This document shows positions 57,504 through 64,000 of a stretch of DNA of 64,000 bases, one piece after another. The notes below the pieces were generated by a model. The model ran no database searches. It was not told the origin of the DNA and worked only from the letters and a program-made list of their open reading frames with translations. The stretch spans positions 34,277 to 98,276 of the forward strand of contig CAVTUU010000001.1 of the NCBI GenBank assembly GCA_963737985.1. Reading direction: 5' to 3'. A program made the position numbers and the translations under genes. Source of the DNA: an uncultured Chloroflexia bacterium (GTDB lineage Bacteria; Chloroflexota; Chloroflexia; Thermomicrobiales; UBA6265). Positions within the stretch are counted from its first letter, which is position 1; each line of letters opens with the position of its first letter.

Positions 57504-58907
57504 TCAGCGCGGAAGTTGTGCAAGTTCCTCAAGGTAGACAATTGATGTTTCGATGCCTCGTTCGAACATCTCAATCGTGAAGTGTTCGTTCGTCCCGTGC
57601 AGGCCATCGGTATCAAGGCCATAACCCATCATTACCACTGGAATCTTCATCAAGTTGTAGATATCGGCGACGATAGGGATGCTGCCGCCGCCACGTGTAA
57701 AGGCGGGTGTTGCGCCCCACCCCTTTTCAAAGGCCCGAGCGGCTGCTTGCATTTCGGGAAGCGTGAAATCGATGAGCGCCGGCGCCCCTGTCGTCAAGAG
57801 ATTTACTTGGACTTGGACGGTTGGGGGGGTCACCGACTCGATATAGGTCTTGAGGCACTCAAAGATTCTCATTGGGTCCTGATTTCCAACCAGACGGCAG
57901 CTGATTTTCGCCATTGCCTTGGCGGGAATAATTGTCTTCGGACCGGGTCCGGTCCAACCGCTCAACAAACCATTGATTTCGAGTGTTGGCCGGGCGGAGA
58001 CGCGTTCGCGAATGCTGAAATCGGACTCTCCCCAAACGGCTGGTGCGCCAGTCGCTTGAAGCAACTGCTCCTCGCTCATTGCCGTTTTCGCGACCTCAGC
58101 CCGTTCGGTATCTGTGAGCGGAACCACATCGTCATAGAAACCAGGCACTGCAATGCTGTGATCCTCGGCATGAAGCTTCGAGATGATCTCTACGAGCGCT
58201 AGCGCTGGATTGTGGATCGCCCCGCCATAGAAACCGCTGTGGAGATCGTCATGAGGTCCCTCGACCTCGACTTCTATGTAAGTCATCCCGCGAAGACTGT
58301 GGGTGATTACGGGTTTGTCTATCGATGCCATCGATGAATCGCTGATCACGCAAACATCAGCAGCGAGTAGATCTTGGTGCTGTATAAGAAATGGCTTTAA
58401 GTTCGGGGACGAAACTTCCTCCTCCCCTTCCAGGAGAAACTTGAGATTTACCGGAGGACCATCGCCCGATTTTTTGTACGATTCGAAGGCCTTAATGTGG
58501 ATGAAAAGTTGACCTTTGTCGTCAGTGGCGCCGCGAGCGTAAATCTTTCCGTCTTTTTCCACAGGTTCGAACGGTTCGGTGTCCCAACCGTCCTCGAGCG
58601 AAGCAGGCACAACATCATAATGGCCATAGACGAGAACTGTCGGTTTATCTGGACCAGCTTCTAGCCAGTCCCCGTAGACGACAGGATGTCCAGCGGTGGG
58701 CATGACTGCCACGTTATTGGATCCAACTGCCCGCAGATGGTTCACGAGCCATTCGGCGGCCTGTCGGACGTCTTCGCTATGTGCGGGGTCAGCGCTGAGG
58801 CTGGGAATTCGAAGGAGTTCGAACAACTCCTGCCGAAATCTTTGTGATTGGCTCCTCGAATATCGACGCGCGACATCACTCGGTTCGGCCATCGGTGAAC
58901 CTCTCAT
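57504..58907 (-). CDS. M20-family dipeptidase (Dug1/CNDP-like)
   Basis: VLVYGHYDV, ARGATDDKGQ, EGEEEVSS, DLHSG, GGSIP, HGTNE. Confidence 0.93.
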   Translation of the reverse strand: MRGSPMAEPSDVARRYSRSQSQRFRQELFELLRIPSLSADPAHSEDVRQAAEWLVNHLRAVGSNNVAVMPTAGHPVVYGDWLEAGPDKPTVLVYGHYDVVPASLEDGWDTEPFEPVEKDGKIYARGATDDKGQLFIHIKAFESYKKSGDGPPVNLKFLLEGEEEVSSPNLKPFLIQHQDLLAADVCVISDSSMASIDKPVITHSLRGMTYIEVEVEGPHDDLHSGFYGGAIHNPALALVEIISKLHAEDHSIAVPGFYDDVVPLTDTERAEVAKTAMSEEQLLQATGAPAVWGESDFSIRERVSARPTLEINGLLSGWTGPGPKTIIPAKAMAKISCRLVGNQDPMRIFECLKTYIESVTPPTVQVQVNLLTTGAPALIDFTLPEMQAAARAFEKGWGATPAFTRGGGSIPIVADIYNLMKIPVVMMGYGLDTDGLHGTNEHFTIEMFERGIETSIVYLEELAQLPR

Positions 58908-59075
58908 TTCGCCTTTTGTCAGACTTCAACGAGGATGAGTCCGTGGTAGCGAGCCGATACATATCATAAGCCATACAAAACTTCGGCGCATCGCTGGCTA
59001 TTCGCAATTATCGAGCCTGGAATCGAATATTTACTGTCGCATCTGTGCTCTAACAGTGACCACGGCTTTCGTCGT

Positions 59076-59642
59076 CTAGAAGACGTCGCGATTCCTCGCG
59101 GTTTGGACGAGGATCACCAAACCGAGAATGACAAAAACGACGCCCGCGAGGACATGCGCTGCGGCGCCGAATCGGGAGCCGAGTCTCTTGCCGAGATAAA
59201 GACCCAAAAGAGTCACCACGAAGCTTTGAACTGCCAAATAGACCATGAACGGCGCAATTGCAATCTCCGAAACGGCCACAGTCACGCCAATTGCAAGCTT
59301 ATCCAGAGAGATCGCAATTCCCGTGGAAATAATGGCGCTAGTATCGAGGGTTACTGAGTCGGACGTTTCGTGCTTATTGTCGAATAGTGCGCCAGTGATA
59401 CCGCGGACTCCAAAAGCAATCAGAACCACTCCGGCGAGGTAGGAGGCGAAGTGTCCGAAGTCATCACTCAGAAGCCTACCCAATCCGATTCCCAGTCCCA
59501 AGAGTGCAAGGCCAACAACTGAGAAAATCGTGGCGGTTCGCACCCAGCGAGTTTCCGGAAGACTGGCGACGCTGAGCGCGAGCCCGCCAGCAAAGACGTC
59601 TAGACCAAATGACATGGCGAGTAACGCGATGCCCAGAGACAC
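59076..59642 (-). CDS. MntP-family (manganese efflux-like) membrane protein
   Basis: Duplicated motifs AMSFGLDVFAGG and AISLDKLAIG; about six TMs. Confidence 0.8.
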   Translation of the reverse strand: MSLGIALLAMSFGLDVFAGGLALSVASLPETRWVRTATIFSVVGLALLGLGIGLGRLLSDDFGHFASYLAGVVLIAFGVRGITGALFDNKHETSDSVTLDTSAIISTGIAISLDKLAIGVTVAVSEIAIAPFMVYLAVQSFVVTLLGLYLGKRLGSRFGAAAHVLAGVVFVILGLVILVQTARNRDVF

Positions 59643-59722
59643 TCACTCAGAGTCCTTCCGGAGAAGAGAAGGAATCACTGCTCTTCGCTTTCGATTGCGT
59701 TTGGCAACGACAACTTTCACGA

Positions 59723-61717
59723 TTAAGCAATTGGCGCCGGCGAAGTTCCATCTCCACTTGGAGTTGCAAGTGGGCCAGGCGAAAGATCTGGACTCTGCTC
59801 TAACGATTGGCGCTTAAACTTCTGATACAGCAATGTGACGCCGATCACTGAAACCGGCAACATGACCGCGTAGATGAGACTACTTATCCAGTTCACGTAT
59901 CGAATCGCCGGTGTCACGATTACTAAAAGCGCAATTCCGACAACTGGGCCCGGCGCAATACTGACGAACCAAAAGAAGACGGCGGAGGCAGCGGTTCGCC
60001 ACCATCGCCCAACGACCACATTGGCGCTTCGATCCATCGCTTCACGCGGCGAGGTCTCGTCGATGATCGCCGCTTGGGACACAAATAACCATCTCACCGC
60101 TCGTTCAATAGCCCACGGAATGCCAACAACGGAAATGCCAAGCACGATGATTGCGGCAAACGATCGAGCGACCGATCGCACTAAAACGCGAAAGCGGTCG
60201 AACACGATTCGATATGATCCGGCGAACGTTGCCTGCCGTCCCGCAGTTAGCTCACGAACCGCGGCAATAACAGCTGGTCCGACGATGATCAGGCTTATCA
60301 GCTCCTGAAGACCGCCAATCGTTAAGGCGATCGCCAATCTTGCGCCCGGACTCGAATTGAGCGTCTGGAAGACCTGCCTCCCGGGAGGGTAGTCGATAAA
60401 GACAAACTGAATGGCATTGGCGACGAGTCCAATCGGTATGAGCACCACACCGAGGAGCACGAAGAGGCGCAAATGATTGGTATAGACGCGCCATGCGTCG
60501 AGGAACATTGGCCAGCCAAATCGGACGAGCAATGCGAATGCGACGGCCAATGCGATCAGCAAACCGATGACGAGCCAAGGATAGACCGCGAGTCGTGTGA
60601 GCAAAAACGAACTGTATTCAACCGTCGTGCAGAAGACACTGGTAGGCCCTGGACCAAACGTAAATGATTCTGGAATTTCCAAACTACTATTTCGCAAACC
60701 GTCTTGCCAGGAGAACGGATCCCGCCAGCGTTCCCGAACGCCGGGACCTTCCGGCCCGTTGTAGAACACGGGCTGCCGTTCGCCCCATCGGCCGGGCCAT
60801 TTGAGCCATGCGAGCTCTCCCGTTGCCTGGCTGATGTCATGGGGCAAGGTAACGACCTTCAAAGGCACGCGGTCGGAAGGTCCGGTCGTGACATCGCAGC
60901 CGAAACCAGTGTTGTTTTCGCCCCAAGCTAAATACGTGGCACTGCCGTAATTGCTAGCGTGGGAGCCTGCCGCCACGAATACGACGGGATGATCGCCTTC
61001 TTTGGTGAGTTTCTTATCGTTCCAGTCCGACCGCTCTCCGCCGGCGTGCTGGGAAAACCCTACTTCGGTTGGAGATTTCGTGAGCGCGTCTGCTGCCGAA
61101 TCCGCATCGAATACGACTTGGACCATCTCCCAGTCGCCCTCGTGGGTGTTGTTGAAGTCATTGAAGACATACCAAAACCAGTATTGAACGGCTACTCGAT
61201 TGTCAGCGCTGACCACGTTGGCATAGGTGACCGGTACGTGGCCGACCATCCTCTGCCGAAACCAGCGCTCATAGTCGCAGCGCGGACGTCTAGGATTGCC
61301 CGGAAAGTCGAGATGAAATGTGTCATCTTCGCCGGCGAGATCAGCAATTGAAGGACCATATTTAATGAGTTCGACGCTTGACCTGGAACGACCTGTGACC
61401 TGAACGAGCTTGACCTCGGGATCATCAAATACCACTTCTACGGGGGCGGGCAGATATGGCTCACCATAGCGATCGCAAGGTTCTTTTTGACGCTTGAGCA
61501 TTGCGATAGGAGCATATTTTTCGGCAAGTTGTTGTTCCGGAGAAACAGCTTGCGCAGCGCTGCTGGTAGAGCACCCGGGCGTTGAAATCGGGTTGCAAGA
61601 GTTCGACTCCGGGGCTGCTGCCGCCTGGTCGATGTAGACCGAGCCACATGTATGAGCAAGAGCCCCAACTAGGAGTAGCCCAAAACTCATGCGACGGATG
61701 ATGGCGGTTACTCTCAT
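59723..61717 (-). CDS. Exported Vps62/NPP1-like domain fused to a C-terminal multi-TM domain
   Basis: Signal peptide; LAEKYAP, QYWFWYVFNDFNNTHEGDWE, FSQH, HPVVFVAAGSHA, WPGRWG...GPEGP; six or seven C-terminal TMs. Confidence 0.75.
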   Translation of the reverse strand: MRVTAIIRRMSFGLLLVGALAHTCGSVYIDQAAAAPESNSCNPISTPGCSTSSAAQAVSPEQQLAEKYAPIAMLKRQKEPCDRYGEPYLPAPVEVVFDDPEVKLVQVTGRSRSSVELIKYGPSIADLAGEDDTFHLDFPGNPRRPRCDYERWFRQRMVGHVPVTYANVVSADNRVAVQYWFWYVFNDFNNTHEGDWEMVQVVFDADSAADALTKSPTEVGFSQHAGGERSDWNDKKLTKEGDHPVVFVAAGSHASNYGSATYLAWGENNTGFGCDVTTGPSDRVPLKVVTLPHDISQATGELAWLKWPGRWGERQPVFYNGPEGPGVRERWRDPFSWQDGLRNSSLEIPESFTFGPGPTSVFCTTVEYSSFLLTRLAVYPWLVIGLLIALAVAFALLVRFGWPMFLDAWRVYTNHLRLFVLLGVVLIPIGLVANAIQFVFIDYPPGRQVFQTLNSSPGARLAIALTIGGLQELISLIIVGPAVIAAVRELTAGRQATFAGSYRIVFDRFRVLVRSVARSFAAIIVLGISVVGIPWAIERAVRWLFVSQAAIIDETSPREAMDRSANVVVGRWWRTAASAVFFWFVSIAPGPVVGIALLVIVTPAIRYVNWISSLIYAVMLPVSVIGVTLLYQKFKRQSLEQSPDLSPGPLATPSGDGTSPAPIA

Positions 61718-61965
61718 TATTGAAACATAGAAACTTCAGCTAGAATTGAATACAACCCTCTAGACAATTCAACTCCAGTTCGCGAATCCTGTTGATCCGT
61801 GCTCTTGGGACATTGTCGCCCAAATCTTGCTGATTCGGGAGTAGGAGCACGTTGGCGGCAAAGTAAAAAAGATCGATTCTCGGACTACGCGATAACAATT
61901 TTGATAGACCTGAACGTAGCAAGATCATATTGCCCAACGACTCTTCTTCCTACGTTGCCGATAGA

Positions 61966-62180
61966 CAGTGCGATGGTATTGCTTCGAGGGCTGCCATTTT
62001 GGTCTTGGAACATGCCCGAAATCGACGAGGTCGCCGGATCGCGCATACTTTCCCAACAGTAGAAAATGTCGCGTCGAGAGCGATGTGTCGCAATGCGGGA
62101 ATTACGTTTGTCGGGACCTGTGAATTTCAAGTCGCATCCGAGTCAGCAGTCCGCTGCAATAACTGGATCTATCTCCACAA
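61966..62180 (+). pseudogene. RimJ/RimL-type GNAT acetyltransferase C-terminal remnant
   Basis: QCDGIASRA...HTFPTVENVASRAMCRNAGITFVGTCEFQ...RCNNW resembles a GNAT C-terminus; no credible N-terminal half or start. Confidence 0.6.
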
Positions 62181-62410
62181 TAAATTGACGCGTTGGCCCA
62201 GGTATCGCCTCAATAGAGAACATCCTAGTGTGGTTTGGGGACGAATCCTGTCGAACCCAAAGTCATGAAACTCCCGGTGCACTTCTTGAGTCAAGAAAAC
62301 TGATAAACCAATTCGTGGACTCGATTTCGTCCGCTTTTCATTCTGGAGCCTATACTGCGAACGGTACCGCGTTTCATGAGGGCTTCATCTTTGCGTCAGA
62401 TTGTTCGCTC

Positions 62411-63091
62411 ATGAGACTCTTGCTCGCAGAGGATGATCCGACACTGCGCGAATTTGTCGCCCGTGGCTTGATCGAATCCGGCTACGCGGTCGACGCAGTA
62501 GAAGACGGTAGTGAGGCCCTACTCGCTACCGAAACAGTCCCATATGACGTGGCGATCCTCGACGTCAACTTGCCAGGCATGGATGGATTCGAGGTTTGCC
62601 GGCAGATTCGCGCGAAGCCAGGGATCGGACCGGCCGTACTCTTTCTCACCGCTCGAGATGCAATTGGCGATCGGGTGAGAGGACTTGACCTCGGCGCAGA
62701 GGACTATCTCGTCAAGCCGTTCGCCTTCGCGGAACTGCTCGCGAGAATTCGCGCCTTGCTCCGGCGAGGCGTGGGAGGCGCTCCGACACTACACATAGCC
62801 GATCTTGAGCTCGACCCGGCCAAACATCGAGTTACGCGCGATGGAATTGAAATCAATCTTACAGCGAAAGAATTCTCGCTGCTTGAGTACCTCATGCGCA
62901 ACGAAGGATTGGTCGTCACCAAGCCAATGATCGCAAATCACGTTTGGAACTTCGATCTCGACGCCGAGTCCAACTTCATCGAGGTCTACATTTACGCGAT
63001 CCGGAAGAAACTCGATCGACCCGGAGCTCCGCCATTGATTCACACAGTACGCGGGATCGGCTATCGGCTCGATGCGTCGACTGCTTCCTAA
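62411..63091 (+). CDS. OmpR/PhoB-family response regulator
   Basis: MRLLLAEDD, LDVNLPGMDG, GAEDYLVKPF, LIHTVRGIGY. Confidence 0.95.
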   Translation: MRLLLAEDDPTLREFVARGLIESGYAVDAVEDGSEALLATETVPYDVAILDVNLPGMDGFEVCRQIRAKPGIGPAVLFLTARDAIGDRVRGLDLGAEDYLVKPFAFAELLARIRALLRRGVGGAPTLHIADLELDPAKHRVTRDGIEINLTAKEFSLLEYLMRNEGLVVTKPMIANHVWNFDLDAESNFIEVYIYAIRKKLDRPGAPPLIHTVRGIGYRLDASTAS

Positions 63092-64000
63092 CCTTCACAT
63101 CCGGACACGGATCGCACTTTGGATCGCGGCGATATCAAGCGTTCTACTTATCCTCATGGCAGTCGGGGTTTACGGTGTCTTTCAACGACAGCTTCTGACC
63201 AACCTCGACGACACACTCTCTCTCCGCGCCACTTCAAATCGTCAACTGATCGACCTTACAACGACTCCTCCTTCACTCAAGATCGAACACGTTCCCAACC
63301 CTGAACTCTTTTCGGGAGAGGCTGTGCTTCGGCTCTACCTGGGCGACGGTAAATTGCTCACCGATGCATCGCCGGCGACGGGCCTGACACGTCAGGAAAG
63401 TAATGTGGTGCGATCGGCGGCAACAAGCGGGACCGATGTCTATGCCACCATCGACCTCGCCCACGATGAGGATTACAGGATCGTTGCGAGTCCAATCGGT
63501 GAGCCCGGGCCCAATCAGGTCGTGTTGATCACTGGCCTAGAGCGTTCCCGGGTGAACAGCCCTCTTAGGATATTGAGAATCATCCTGGCCATTGCCGTGC
63601 CAGTCACGGCCGGCGCGGCAGGCCTTTGTGGATATTGGGTGGCTCTCCGCGCGCTCCGCCCCGTCTCAGCGATGGTCACTACTGCGCAAGACATTACTCG
63701 CGGCGACCTTACCCAACGCGTACCGGGGGTCGAATCCGGCGACGAACTTGGGCGCCTTGCCATGACTCTCAACTCCATGATCGAGCGGTTAAGTGAGACA
63801 GTCGAGCGCGAGCGAAGGTTCACTTCTGATGCCTCTCATGAACTGCGGACACCGCTCGCGGCGATTGAAACAAGTATTGACGTCACGCTGGCGAATGAAC
63901 GGGCGCCGCGCGAATACCGAAGAGTTCTCGAGGCTATCCGGGGCCAGACGCGCCGCCTTGACAGGCTCGCAAACCAGCTGTTGCTACTTTCTCGACTAGA
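63072..64000 (+). CDS. Sensor histidine kinase (HAMP + HisKA), runs off the window end
   Basis: MRRLLPNLHIRTRIALWIAA TM1, a second TM, HAMP DELGRLAMTLNSMIERL and H-box FTSDASHELRTPL, all in one frame. Confidence 0.93.
   Translation, partial: MRRLLPNLHIRTRIALWIAAISSVLLILMAVGVYGVFQRQLLTNLDDTLSLRATSNRQLIDLTTTPPSLKIEHVPNPELFSGEAVLRLYLGDGKLLTDASPATGLTRQESNVVRSAATSGTDVYATIDLAHDEDYRIVASPIGEPGPNQVVLITGLERSRVNSPLRILRIILAIAVPVTAGAAGLCGYWVALRALRPVSAMVTTAQDITRGDLTQRVPGVESGDELGRLAMTLNSMIERLSETVERERRFTSDASHELRTPLAAIETSIDVTLANERAPREYRRVLEAIRGQTRRLDRLANQLLLLSRL

Noticed and set aside
59643-59722. yybP-ykoY manganese riboswitch before the MntP-like gene
   Set aside because: 80-nt gap with no recognisable consensus.
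59945-59954. TGGGCCCGGC matching the tRNA-Ile2 3' end as a possible att site
   Set aside because: Only 10 bp, inside a coding region, on the wrong side of the tRNA, and no integrase is present.
1-64000. CRISPR array, prophage, IS element or defence system
   Set aside because: No regularly spaced repeats, cas, transposase, integrase or phage structural genes were seen.

Overview
Mostly core chromosome of a moderately GC-rich bacterium, most consistent with Chloroflexota/Thermomicrobiales (inference from the gene set, a type-C-like RNase P RNA and GAAC-N4-GTTC SOS boxes). It carries DNA replication/repair genes (mutM, ruvB, dnaN-recF, dnaE, polX, rdgB, tatD), purine and one-carbon genes (purBCSQLF with a frameshifted purL, gcvT-H-PA, folD, glyA), envelope genes (glmS with a glmS ribozyme, galE, a WecA/TagO-type transferase, plsY, YfhO), six tRNAs and rnpB inside a tRNA operon. 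From about 49.2 kb it is accessory-looking: a peptidase-glutaminase-transporter cluster, a Vps62-like membrane protein, two pseudogene remnants and a two-component system. No transposase, integrase, phage or CRISPR was seen. Best candidates for something undescribed: (1) a LexA-boxed Rad52/Rad22-like annealase plus a small partner gene divergent from dnaN-recF; (2) an XRE regulator with an operator-like repeat array, a structured leader and a terminator/antiterminator 3' RNA ahead of dnaE; (3) a riboswitch-like leader on folD; (4) a glmS-ribozyme-led operon ending in a stand-alone CphA-like Mur domain and an atypical PolX; (5) the dipeptidase-glsA-pepT-abgT-gltS cluster. All calls are by eye; no database searches or folding were run.
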